Origin: a virus
UHGV virus genome: UHGV-0249630
Direction: 5' to 3' (one strand)
Length of the DNA: 41,761 nt
Under the pieces are notes generated by a model. It did no database searches, was not told the origin of the DNA, and was given only the letters and a program-made list of their open reading frames with translations. Below are positions 26,945-36,201 of this stretch, in pieces (position 1 is the first letter of the stretch; each line of letters starts with the position of its first letter). Both the position numbers and the translations under genes were made by a program.

Positions 26945-27802
26945 TTACGACGGTTCATATTGTTTTTTCTTTCCGTCTTTTCCTGGTGATTTTAACTTAG
27001 CTTCGGTTTCTTCTTTTTGTTTTTCTGCCGCTGTCGGGACTTCAAAATATTGCTCAATTGGTGCAAAATTATTTTTGATTGAGTTGTAAATGCTGCCAAG
27101 ATCAACAATATTTTTTGCAATAAAATTGTCGCATTTTGTACCAACGCGTTTTTCAATCATTTCTTGAGTAACTCCTAACTCTTCAAACATTTTCAACATA
27201 TCGGTTACCCGTTCTTTTAATGGTTTTGTGTTTGACCCGATTAAAGTTTTTTCGCATTCGTTCAAGAAATCTTCAACAACATCACCCGGTAAAATTTCCA
27301 AAAGTACGGCTCTTTTACGTCTTGCACCGTCATTTGCAATACGTTCGTAAATATCTCTTGGGTCAGTTAATATTGTATTACCGCCGTTTTTTGTGTATCT
27401 TGTATGCGGAACTTTAAAAATTCTTTCAGCCCTTACATTACTTTCTAAGTCCCAAGCAAAAGCAAGAACTTCTGATGTATGTTCTGCAGTGTTTTGACTT
27501 AATTCTTTAATACCGTAGCTTATATTTCCCCAATATTTTGCAATTGCTTCCGCTGCTCTGACAGACGGTCCTTTAATCTGCTGCCCGCCACGCGGGTAAC
27601 AGTAAGTTGCTTTTTCTGCAAGCGTTAATCTTTTTGCACTCTCCATAATTTTCCTTTGAGCTTGCATTTCATTTCTCGGAAACTGACGAGCCATAAAAAT
27701 AGCACCTTGTACTTCTTGTAAAGCTCTTGCTTTTTCAATTTCCTGACCTACTGTCGGGAAATTTGTTGTTTGTACTCTTTCTTGGGTTTCTAAATAATTC
27801 AT
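26945..27802 (-). CDS. Probable single-strand annealing/recombination protein
   Basis: Directly upstream of the exonuclease; ARQFPR and GPSVRAAE...WGN motifs; AAAGGA RBS before ATG 27802. Confidence 0.6.
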   Translation of the reverse strand: MNYLETQERVQTTNFPTVGQEIEKARALQEVQGAIFMARQFPRNEMQAQRKIMESAKRLTLAEKATYCYPRGGQQIKGPSVRAAEAIAKYWGNISYGIKELSQNTAEHTSEVLAFAWDLESNVRAERIFKVPHTRYTKNGGNTILTDPRDIYERIANDGARRKRAVLLEILPGDVVEDFLNECEKTLIGSNTKPLKERVTDMLKMFEELGVTQEMIEKRVGTKCDNFIAKNIVDLGSIYNSIKNNFAPIEQYFEVPTAAEKQKEETEAKLKSPGKDGKKKQYEPS

Positions 27803-27818
27803 TTTTTTTAATCCTTTC

Positions 27819-27995
27819 TTATTTGTAAAATTCAAACCAATCTTTTGCATATTCAAAATCTTCTTTACTCATTTTTCCGTTTTGATATAAAGCTTCGCAA
27901 TCATCTAAAGAAAGAGAGCTTGTTGCTAAAAGGCTTTCAAGCTCTGTATCATAATTTGATGGATCGTGTTGTAAGAAGTTATCTTCATAAGACAT
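27819..27995 (-). CDS. 58-aa acidic protein
   Basis: GAGG RBS; fills the gap exactly; MSYEDNFLQHDPSNYDTELE...DWFEFYK. Confidence 0.65.
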   Translation of the reverse strand: MSYEDNFLQHDPSNYDTELESLLATSSLSLDDCEALYQNGKMSKEDFEYAKDWFEFYK

Positions 27996-27997
27996 TT

Positions 27998-28213
27998 TTA
28001 TCTTGCCTCAATCAGTTTTTTGTACCATTTGTCTATACTGTTTTCTTTTTCGCATCTTGCGATATCTACATCTGCAAGCATAAATGCTGGGATAGAAACT
28101 TTGCCCTGATTAATTGTTTTGTAATAATCAATCAGTTTGTCACGCAAGTATCTCTTGCGCATTTCATAAGTTTGTTGTTTCAAACCATTTAAAAAGCTTA
28201 TTACATTACTCAT
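27998..28213 (-). CDS. Hypothetical protein
   Basis: AGGAGG RBS. Confidence 0.65.
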   Translation of the reverse strand: MSNVISFLNGLKQQTYEMRKRYLRDKLIDYYKTINQGKVSIPAFMLADVDIARCEKENSIDKWYKKLIEAR

Positions 28214-28217
28214 CGGT

Positions 28218-28298
28218 TTACCCTCCTAAAACCATTGCTAAAAAACTGCCGAATAATAATGTTGTAGCGAAAAATTCGCCTAATGTTTCTTTTTGCAT
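28218..28298 (-). CDS. 26-aa hydrophobic peptide MQKETLGEFFATTLLFGSFLAMVLGG
   Basis: AAGGAGG RBS; not in ORF track. Confidence 0.55.
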   Translation of the reverse strand: MQKETLGEFFATTLLFGSFLAMVLGG

Positions 28299-28413
28299 TT
28301 TTCAATCCTCCTTGTTAATGTTTAAATCCTTCAAAAGGGAAACAGGGCTGTTGTCAAGAAGCAATTGATGGATAATTTCACGAATTATAGGGAACAGCCC
28401 CGAGTAAATCTCT

Positions 28414-29550
28414 TTAATTATTTTGAAAAAAAGCTTTGAAGGTCGAAGATCCATATTGTCCTTCAGTGGCTTTAAAAACTTCTTCAAGTGTCATTTCAGA
28501 TTTATACTTATCTTTATTGTTTTCAAGATAGTTATTAGTCCCAAAGCTGCAAGCTCCTGTTATGGTTCTGTATGCTATTACCCAAAACTCAAGGGAGTTT
28601 TTGCTATTAAGCTTCAAATGTTTATATCTGCTTGTATCTCTATCAGAAGTTTTAAAAAGCCAGTCAAAATATGCTTGTTTTACTGTGTTACCGTGTGCAT
28701 AAATACCGTTTTTGGCGAAAATATACGCTTTTCTATTCTCAATTTTGACAGTTAAAATATTTTTATTCTGTTTTATTACTTCACAAAATATGCCATCAAT
28801 TTTTCTATATTTACCGTTTTGCCAAGACAATTTTGACATAATATAATTTTTATGCTTGATATAAAAGTCGTTCTGGAGTTTTTTAATTTTACATTTTTTA
28901 TTCTTATTTATGTTTGTATCTCTCAAGTACAAGTCTCCACCTACCGTCAGGTTATCAGGTAAAGAACTTATGTTTGTACCTTCCAAGTACAAGTCTCCAC
29001 CTACCGTCAGGTTATCAGGTAAAAAGCTTATGTTTCTACCGCTCAAGTACAAGTCTCCACCTACCGTCAGGTTATCAGGTAAAAAGCTTATGTTTCTACC
29101 GCTCAAGTACAAGCCCCCTCCTACCGTCAGGTTATCAGGTAAAGAATTTATGTTTGTATTTCTCAAGTCCAAGCCCCCTCCTACCGTCAGGTTATCAGGT
29201 AAAGAACTTATGTTTGTACCTTCCAAGTACAAGTCTCCACCTACCGTCAGGTTATCAGGTAAAGAATTTATGTTTGTATTTCTCAAGTCCAAGCCCCCAC
29301 CTACCGTCAGGTTATCAGGTAAAAAGCTTATGTTTCTACCGCTCAAGTCCAAGCCCCCTCCTACCGTCAGGTTATCAGGTAAAGAACTTATGTTTGTACC
29401 TTCCAAGTACAAGCCCCCTCCTACCGTCAGGTTATCAGGTAAAGAACTTATGTTTGTACCTTCCAAGTACAAGTCTCCACCTACCGTCAGGTTATCCCCA
29501 GTAACTTCGTATTTAATATTGGTTTGTTCTAAATAATCTTTAAAATCCAT
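28414..29550 (-). CDS. LRR-like 20-aa repeat protein
   Basis: AAGGAG RBS before ATG 29550; ~10 repeats of LPDNLTVGG(D/G)L(Y/D)LxxxNIxx. Confidence 0.85.
   Translation of the reverse strand: MDFKDYLEQTNIKYEVTGDNLTVGGDLYLEGTNISSLPDNLTVGGGLYLEGTNISSLPDNLTVGGGLDLSGRNISFLPDNLTVGGGLDLRNTNINSLPDNLTVGGDLYLEGTNISSLPDNLTVGGGLDLRNTNINSLPDNLTVGGGLYLSGRNISFLPDNLTVGGDLYLSGRNISFLPDNLTVGGDLYLEGTNISSLPDNLTVGGDLYLRDTNINKNKKCKIKKLQNDFYIKHKNYIMSKLSWQNGKYRKIDGIFCEVIKQNKNILTVKIENRKAYIFAKNGIYAHGNTVKQAYFDWLFKTSDRDTSRYKHLKLNSKNSLEFWVIAYRTITGACSFGTNNYLENNKDKYKSEMTLEEVFKATEGQYGSSTFKAFFQNN
28907..29496. repeat. 60-bp tandem repeat, ~10 units
   Basis: Core CCTACCGTCAGGTTATC invariant in every unit. Confidence 0.95.
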
Positions 29551-29748
29551 GTATTCTCCTTTCAAAATCTCTTTAAAATACCCTGCGTTTTCACAGGGCA
29601 AGGTGAAAAGATTTCCGATTTTTACAGATATCGGGAAACTGTGCTTGGAGGCGAGGTAAAATTTTTAATAAAAAATCGCCATTAAGGCGGGTTAAAATTT
29701 TAAGATGATATTTTATATGCCCAAGGGGTTAAACTCACGAAATTGCCC

Positions 29749-30012
29749 CTATTCTGCAAACGTAGGGTTAATTTTTCGTTTATCTCTTTCACGCATTATG
29801 CGAGCTTGTTCTTTTTTCTTTTCGAGATGAAGTAATTCTTTTTTTGTCAAATTACTTGTCGGAGTTTGTGCATCATAATCAAGACCTAATTTTTCAGCAC
29901 ACTCCCTGCAGTATTTCCAGTCAGGTGGCGTACTTTTAGCATTGGTCAAATCCTTGTCAATCCAACCATTGTTGCATTTCTTATTTCTGCAAAAATGCAT
30001 TACATAATTCAT
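29749..30012 (-). CDS. Zinc-finger-like early protein
   Basis: AAGGAG RBS; CRNKKC...CREC; first ORF of the leftward operon. Confidence 0.65.
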   Translation of the reverse strand: MNYVMHFCRNKKCNNGWIDKDLTNAKSTPPDWKYCRECAEKLGLDYDAQTPTSNLTKKELLHLEKKKEQARIMRERDKRKINPTFAE

Positions 30013-30435
30013 AGCCTCTCCTTTCTAAGTTCTTAAGGCAACTGTCAAGGATTACTTGACAGCTGATATTAAAAACTTATTTTTGCGACGGTGCTCTTTC
30101 GAGTTGCAGTCGGTTTCTCTCCGCTGTATATTCAGTCCTTTGTATTAAAGGTATTTACCACCGATACTTTACGCCTTATTCAACTGTCAATGTACGATTG
30201 TAAATTTTCGCATAGCCTAGCCAGCCTTAAATAAGGCTCTTTTCAAGACCTTCTTTAAAATCTAACCCTTTACTATGCCGTTCAATCTGCCTGTTACCCT
30301 TGCTATGCTTTGCAATCCCGCTTTTTATGGTTGGTCGCCTCAACCCGCTTAACATCAGGTAATATTTTCTTGAACATACGTCAGGTTTGAAATATATTTA
30401 GTTAATCGTTATATTATTTCGTACCTGATGAAATT

Positions 30436-30464
30436 AGTATAGCAGGTTAGTTTACTAAAGTCAA
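30436..30464 (-). promoter_or_regulatory. Leftward early (lytic) promoter
   Basis: TTGACT-17-TATACT on the minus strand. Confidence 0.8.
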
Positions 30465-30486
30465 GTTTTATTTTTACAAAAGTAAA
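30451..30486. promoter_or_regulatory. Candidate repressor operators TTTAC-N4-GT(A/C)AA
   Basis: Copies at 30451-30464 and 30473-30486; third at 30666-30679. Confidence 0.55.
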
Positions 30487-30494
30487 GGATTGAT

Positions 30495-31124
30495 ATGAAA
30501 ACAAAAGAAGCATTATCTGAAATAATAGGATTTAAAAAACGAAATGTGTCTCAACAGGAAATAGGTAAAGTTTTGGGAGTAACAAAACAATACATTGGTC
30601 AAAGTATGAATAAAGAATTAACAGAGGAACAATTAAAGCTGTTGGAACAACATTTTAGAATAGACTTTACTAAAGTAAACAAAAAAGAAGATAAAATAAC
30701 CGTTGACTATTACCCTGATGTAATAGCTTCTTGTGGACCGGGTGGATTTGAATTGTCACAAGAATGTATTCAATATGATGTTCCTGCAACGCTTTTCCCG
30801 CCGTCAAAGAATGTTAAAGGATACTCTATGTGCCACGCGAAAGGAAATTCGATGTTCCCGCGTATCTGGGACGGTGATTTTGTCATCTGTGAGCATAAAG
30901 ACAATATGAAGATAGAAAATGGTGAGATGTATATTTTCTGCTATGATGATCAAATTTATTTAAAACGACTTACAAAAAATATTAATCAAATTGTTGTCGA
31001 AAGTGAAAATCCTGATTTCCCAACACAATACATAGAAAAAGAGCAGATGAATGATGTACATTTAATCGGGCACGTTATCTGCTCAGGCAGAATGAACGGA
31101 AAATATTTAGATAAAAGAGTATAA
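30495..31124 (+). CDS. cI: CI/LexA-like repressor with S24 autopeptidase domain
   Basis: N-terminal HTH (SQQEIGKVLGVTKQYI), SCG cleavage-site-like motif, GNSMFP Ser, YLKRL Lys. Confidence 0.9.
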   Translation: MKTKEALSEIIGFKKRNVSQQEIGKVLGVTKQYIGQSMNKELTEEQLKLLEQHFRIDFTKVNKKEDKITVDYYPDVIASCGPGGFELSQECIQYDVPATLFPPSKNVKGYSMCHAKGNSMFPRIWDGDFVICEHKDNMKIENGEMYIFCYDDQIYLKRLTKNINQIVVESENPDFPTQYIEKEQMNDVHLIGHVICSGRMNGKYLDKRV

Positions 31125-31221
31125 AAGTTTTACCCAAAAGTATAGTTGATTTTATTTTATTTGCATGCATAAATAAATTAAAACTATTTGTTAAGATATG
31201 TAGGATTAAGATTTAGTAAGT

Positions 31222-31701
31222 ATGGATGCATTTGACATATTTAAAAATATCCATAAAACAAACAAAGAAAAACTGGAAAGTAAAGATTGTTCAAATTGTG
31301 TCGCTGACTTGAAAAATGAAGATAAATGTTCTAAAGATCCTTGTAATTCCAGAGAAATAGAAGGAAAATATTTTGTAAAAAATCGAAATGGAGCAAGTAT
31401 AGCAAAATATATTTGCAGGAATTGCGGGCATATCCAAGGTGTAAGCGGCCAGAGAAAAGGTTGTGCTGTTGATTTTTTGCAAGTTGCTTTATTCTTTACA
31501 ATTATAATTAGTTTATTTGTCCCTGTGCTGTGGTTTGCTGTAGCATTTGAGATTTTATTTCTTATAATTGCGAATAGTGCCCCAAAAAATAATTATTGTT
31601 ATTACTGTAAAGCTTCTAATTGTATAGTACCGTTAAATTCTCCAGCAGGAGAAACGATTTATCAGGGTTTTTATAAAGAGGAAGTTGAAGATAAGGAGTG
31701 A
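31222..31701 (+). CDS. Zinc-ribbon membrane protein
   Basis: CRNC and CYYC flank two hydrophobic helices. Confidence 0.7.
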   Translation: MDAFDIFKNIHKTNKEKLESKDCSNCVADLKNEDKCSKDPCNSREIEGKYFVKNRNGASIAKYICRNCGHIQGVSGQRKGCAVDFLQVALFFTIIISLFVPVLWFAVAFEILFLIIANSAPKNNYCYYCKASNCIVPLNSPAGETIYQGFYKEEVEDKE

Positions 31702-31705
31702 ATAT

Positions 31706-32755
31706 ATGGAATTTATAGAAAAAATTAATCAGCTTAAAGAACGTGCAATAACTTTAAAAGATAGTTTACAGACAGAAGAAGCAACAAAAAATGCCTTAGT
31801 TATGCCTTTTTTGAACGCTTTAGGGTATGATGTTTTTAATCCTCTTGAAGTTGTACCAGAATATATTGCGGATAGCAGACTTAAAAAAGATGAAAAGGTA
31901 GATTATGCAATTATGCAAGATAATAAACCCATTATTCTTTTAGAATGCAAAAAAGTTGAAAATGATAAGTTAGATGTAAAAAAACACGCTGGGCAATTAT
32001 TTAAGTATTTTACAGCGAGTAAAGCAAAATTTATTATTTTAACAAACGGGATTGTTTATAAATTTTTCTCTGATATTGAGGAGCCTAATGTTTTGGATAA
32101 AGAACCATTCTTTACATTCAATTTGTTAGAATTTAAAGAAAATCAGATTGAAACACTCGTTGAATTTTGTAAGGATAATTTTAACCTTGAAAAAGCGTAT
32201 TCAAATGCCGGAGATTTAAAATACATCAAACAATTTGAAGATGTTATTGAAAATGAATATAAATCACCTTCAGACGATTTTGTAAGATATCTTATCAGTA
32301 AATCTGGGGTTTGTGATGGTAGAATTACAGAGAAACTTGTTGCAAAACATAAAAGAACAACGGTTGAAGCATTTAACCTTTTTATGTCTAAAGTGATGAA
32401 AACTTCTCTTGATTTCAATCTTGCAACAAAGCAAGAAGAAAAATCAAATAAAAACGAAATTGTCACTACTGTTGAGGAGTTAGAGGGCTATGCTATTGTA
32501 AAAAGTATTTTAAGCGGGATAATTGATGTTTCAAGAGTAACATATAGAGATAATGCAAGTTATTTTAATGTTTTACTTGACGATAACATTCGTAAAACAA
32601 TTTGTCGCCTGTATTTTAACCGTGCACAAAAATATATTGCATTTTTGGAAGGAACAAAGGAAGTTAAAACACCAATCGTTTCTATAAACGAAATTTTCCA
32701 ATTTGCAGGACAAATCAAGGACAAAGTTGATGAAATTTTAGCATTAAAAAAGTGA
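31706..32755 (+). CDS. Stand-alone HsdR N-terminal-like PD-(D/E)XK nuclease domain protein
   Basis: EEATKNALVMPFL, KVDYAI, ILLECK, QLFKYF and LTNG motifs; AAGGAG RBS before ATG 31706. Confidence 0.8.
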   Translation: MEFIEKINQLKERAITLKDSLQTEEATKNALVMPFLNALGYDVFNPLEVVPEYIADSRLKKDEKVDYAIMQDNKPIILLECKKVENDKLDVKKHAGQLFKYFTASKAKFIILTNGIVYKFFSDIEEPNVLDKEPFFTFNLLEFKENQIETLVEFCKDNFNLEKAYSNAGDLKYIKQFEDVIENEYKSPSDDFVRYLISKSGVCDGRITEKLVAKHKRTTVEAFNLFMSKVMKTSLDFNLATKQEEKSNKNEIVTTVEELEGYAIVKSILSGIIDVSRVTYRDNASYFNVLLDDNIRKTICRLYFNRAQKYIAFLEGTKEVKTPIVSINEIFQFAGQIKDKVDEILALKK

Positions 32756-32777
32756 AATTTGCATAAAGGAAAATTTT

Positions 32778-33884
32778 ATGCCATTAGATCTAAAACGATA
32801 TCTTCCTGAAAATGAAGAAATATATTTAGAACCTGAAAATAAATTTTTATCTTGGTTGAAGAAGAATAAAGAAAATCTTATAGGACCTTCAATAGTTGTT
32901 GTTCTTATAATTAGCTTTATTGTGCTTTACAAAGTCACTATTTATAATAATTATAATAATGCAATAAAAGCTTATGAACAGAAAGATTTTGCTTTAGCCT
33001 ATAAATATATTCAGAGGGTAAATAAATCCTCTCCTGAATATAAAGAAGTTAAAAAATATAACGATAAAATAACTTTTTACTATAATGTACAATTAGGAGA
33101 TGAGGAATATAAAAAAAAGAATTATCAGCAATCTATCAACTATTATAAAACAGCCTATAATACTCAATTAGCCAAAAAACAGCTTTCTGATTTTTTAAAA
33201 GAAAGAATTAATATTGCTAGCTTTGGGAAATATAGTGATATTGGTTTTAATGATTATAAAAATGGCAAATATCAAGAAGCTATAAAAAATTATAATTTAG
33301 CTAAAAATGCGATTAATTCAACACATAATATAGCAAATAAAGCTCAATTTTTGAAATATATTAATTCTTTAATTTCAGAAGCCCAGAATGCTCATAGAAA
33401 AAGAATTGCTTATATTAACCAGTTAAAAACGCATATTATTTCTCAGTATGATGAAGTTGAGAATTTAACAGTTTATTTTGATAGAAAGGCTGTTTCTCTC
33501 GCAGGATTTTTGGGACCGGCTTTCCTGTCTCCAATTTTGTTATTTATGACTAAAGATGAAACAGGGAAAGATTTGACTATAAGAGTTTCTTACTTTGGAG
33601 ATAATTGGATATTTTTTAATACTATAATTTTTAATATTGACGGTGAAAGATTTGAAATTAGCGATTTTGAATTAGGCTCACCCAGAAGGGAAGCCACAGC
33701 ATTAGGTGTCTGGGAAACTTATATATTGTCATATAATATATATGAAACTTTAATTAATAAAATTATAAATTCTAATAAAACTATTATGAGACTTAGCGGG
33801 GATAAATCAAAAGATTATATTATAACAGAAGAACAAAAACAAGCTATGCAGAGAATGCTGGATTATTACAAACTTGTGGAGTAA
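32778..33884 (+). CDS. Membrane-anchored TPR-like protein
   Basis: One TM helix; repeated Y..A...Y..A helical motifs. Confidence 0.7.
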   Translation: MPLDLKRYLPENEEIYLEPENKFLSWLKKNKENLIGPSIVVVLIISFIVLYKVTIYNNYNNAIKAYEQKDFALAYKYIQRVNKSSPEYKEVKKYNDKITFYYNVQLGDEEYKKKNYQQSINYYKTAYNTQLAKKQLSDFLKERINIASFGKYSDIGFNDYKNGKYQEAIKNYNLAKNAINSTHNIANKAQFLKYINSLISEAQNAHRKRIAYINQLKTHIISQYDEVENLTVYFDRKAVSLAGFLGPAFLSPILLFMTKDETGKDLTIRVSYFGDNWIFFNTIIFNIDGERFEISDFELGSPRREATALGVWETYILSYNIYETLINKIINSNKTIMRLSGDKSKDYIITEEQKQAMQRMLDYYKLVE

Positions 33885-33990
33885 GTTTATGTGATATAGT
33901 TTATGCCATGCAAACACTTTTATATCATGAAAAATCATGATATACTAACTTAAAATAAGGTCTCATAATGAGCATTAAAAGAGTAATATT

Positions 33991-34710
33991 ATGAAATTAA
34001 TAAAAAAACTTGGAAATATAGTTAATTATGATAGAATTGGAAATTGTTTAAAGTTTAAATTCTTATGTTTTAATATAAATTTTAAATCACCATTTAAGAA
34101 AAAGAATTATTTTATAAGTTTAGGATACAACTGCTTTATACGTATGATCTTTACCAGATATGGGATAAAACCGCGTAAAAAAGATGGTGAACTAACTTGC
34201 CCTTTTGATTTATCTGTTAGCCCGCATAAATCTGTAGCAGAGTTATTAGAGAATAATTTTGTGGATATTTTAGACAATATTGTTTATAATAATGAATACA
34301 ATTGCTGGGAAAATAAAAAATATTCCATTTTATACCTGCATTATAAAGATGTAAACTTAGACGGTCTTAAAGAAAAAATAGAAAGGCATGTAAATAATTT
34401 TAGAAACCTTACAAATTCCTCTTTAGATATAAAATATTTTATAACTTGCTACAATAATGAATTTTCAGTTGATATATTAAATAGGATTTACAACGCATTA
34501 TTAAAACTACGAGGGAATAAGCGTTTTAAGTTTTATGTTTTTAATTTTATTGATAAGCATTCTACAGATAAGAATATATTAAGTTTAAATAAGAATATTA
34601 TTTATAAAGAATATGATGTTGGTGATATTGTTGAATTTTATAAAAACTGGTACTTGCCTAAATATATCAAACCAAAGATTTTAAAAAAAATATTTAATGA
34701 TATAAAATAA
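33991..34710 (+). CDS. DUF1796-like putative papain-type cysteine peptidase
   Basis: FISLGYNC...CPFD motif. Confidence 0.6.
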   Translation: MKLIKKLGNIVNYDRIGNCLKFKFLCFNINFKSPFKKKNYFISLGYNCFIRMIFTRYGIKPRKKDGELTCPFDLSVSPHKSVAELLENNFVDILDNIVYNNEYNCWENKKYSILYLHYKDVNLDGLKEKIERHVNNFRNLTNSSLDIKYFITCYNNEFSVDILNRIYNALLKLRGNKRFKFYVFNFIDKHSTDKNILSLNKNIIYKEYDVGDIVEFYKNWYLPKYIKPKILKKIFNDIK

Positions 34711-34730
34711 CAATTTTAATTTACTAAATT

Positions 34731-35153
34731 ATGAAAGAAACATCATTGCTCAATAAGCTACTAGTTATATCTTTATTCCTTTTTACAATTGCACCGTGTT
34801 ATGCAAAGCGATTACATCCAGAAGCAGAATACCAAAAAGCTTGGTGCGACAAACGCGGCGGTCTTATGGAATACAAATTAAGCGACAAAACCCGTGTTGA
34901 TTGTTTGCTCCCCAATATGGCTGTTGAATTTGATTTTGCAAACAAATGGGCTGAATGTATCGGACAGGCAATTTATTATGGTCGACAGACAAACAGGCAG
35001 GCAGCTTGTGTCCTCATTATGGAAAACGGAGAAAAAGATCTTAAATATCTTTATCGTTTACGCCGTGCTGCTTACAAAAAAGGCGTAAACCTACGTACAT
35101 TCACGATGAAGCCTGAACATTTATGTATTCCAGTGAATAACAAAACTAAATAA
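34731..35153 (+). CDS. Signal-peptide protein with restriction-endonuclease-like motif
   Basis: Hydrophobic N-terminus ending CYA; RVDCL...AVEFD...ECIGQAIYY. Confidence 0.6.
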   Translation: MKETSLLNKLLVISLFLFTIAPCYAKRLHPEAEYQKAWCDKRGGLMEYKLSDKTRVDCLLPNMAVEFDFANKWAECIGQAIYYGRQTNRQAACVLIMENGEKDLKYLYRLRRAAYKKGVNLRTFTMKPEHLCIPVNNKTK

Positions 35154-35233
35154 ATGTTTTTGTTGTATAATATTCACGAGAGTAAGATATAAAAGAGAGA
35201 ATTTCGGGTATAATATTCTTAGCTGAATGTTTA

Positions 35234-35263
35234 TTGACGGATTTTTTAGAATGGTGGTATAAT
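35234..35263 (+). promoter_or_regulatory. Strong promoter for peptidase/membrane protein pair
   Basis: TTGACG-18-TATAAT with TG extension. Confidence 0.7.
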
Positions 35264-35280
35264 AAATAGAGGTTACAATT

Positions 35281-35799
35281 ATGAGTTGCACTGTGCCAAA
35301 AGCAGATTTCCAAAAAGCTGAAAATTTAGCTTCTGATATATTAAAAAAATATTGTATTGAACAACCGCCAGTTGTCGCAAAAGAATTAGCGGAACTTTAT
35401 CGTTTAAATGTTGTTCCTGTTAACTTTGCACAAATTAATCCAATGTATAGTACTATTTCAGGCTTTATTGATATTAAAACCAACAGATTATTTGTTAACT
35501 CAAATGAAAGTGCAGTAAGACGTAACTTTACTATAGCTCATGAATTAGGTCATTATTTACTTGGGCATACTTCCAGTTCTGAATATGCAAATTTATTATT
35601 CAGGAGACCTTTAGAAGAACAGGAGGATCCTATTATAGAACAGGAAGCTAATTGTTTTGCAGGGAATTTATTGGTTCCTGAAATTTTTCTAAAAGAAGTT
35701 ATACAAAAATATCCTTTTGCAACTAATTCTCAATTAGGAAATATTTTTGGCGTATCAGATACGGTTATTAGAATTAGAAGAAAAATTTTGGGAGTTTAG
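35281..35799 (+). CDS. ImmA/IrrE (DUF955) family zinc metallopeptidase
   Basis: RRNFTIAHELGH and EQEANCFAGNLLVP motifs. Confidence 0.9.
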   Translation: MSCTVPKADFQKAENLASDILKKYCIEQPPVVAKELAELYRLNVVPVNFAQINPMYSTISGFIDIKTNRLFVNSNESAVRRNFTIAHELGHYLLGHTSSSEYANLLFRRPLEEQEDPIIEQEANCFAGNLLVPEIFLKEVIQKYPFATNSQLGNIFGVSDTVIRIRRKILGV

Positions 35800-36171
35800 A
35801 TGGCATTGAATAATAATGAAACTCACGAGCAAGGGATGCAACAAGTAATTGATGATATTGATAAAGCTCAACTACATTGTCCCAATTCAGATAGTGCAGA
35901 AGGTCAAGAAATAAAGACTTTAAATGATAAAGAACAAGCTGAATTAGATCGTTTTAAAAAAGATACAGATTTAAAAAAAACATTAACTATATTTGTTATT
36001 GCATTTACTTCAGTTTGGTCTATTGCTATTCTTGTATTATTATATCTTTTAGGCTTTCATAAAATATACATTACAGATGCTGTAACTATAACCCTTTTAA
36101 CAGAAACTCTAATAACTGTTTTAGGGTTACCATTAGTTGTTACATCTCACTTTTTTCCTAAACAAAAATAA
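35800..36171 (+). CDS. Two-helix membrane protein
   Basis: Acidic N-terminus then two hydrophobic segments; abuts peptidase stop. Confidence 0.75.
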   Translation: MALNNNETHEQGMQQVIDDIDKAQLHCPNSDSAEGQEIKTLNDKEQAELDRFKKDTDLKKTLTIFVIAFTSVWSIAILVLLYLLGFHKIYITDAVTITLLTETLITVLGLPLVVTSHFFPKQK

Positions 36172-36201
36172 TTTAAAAAAATTATATTTAAACTATCAAA
36201 C

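Noticed and set aside
28907..29496. CRISPR-like array (constant core with variable intervals)
   Set aside because: Intervals are near-identical alleles rather than unique spacers, the 60-bp period is in frame within a gene, and there are no cas genes
28910..29536. Long + strand ORFs 28910..29536 and 28914..29504
   Set aside because: Shadow frames of the tandem repeat; the - strand frame has an RBS and unique flanking domains
30228..30377. Small leader ORFs (24 and 42 aa) as Cro candidates
   Set aside because: No RBS and no HTH pattern
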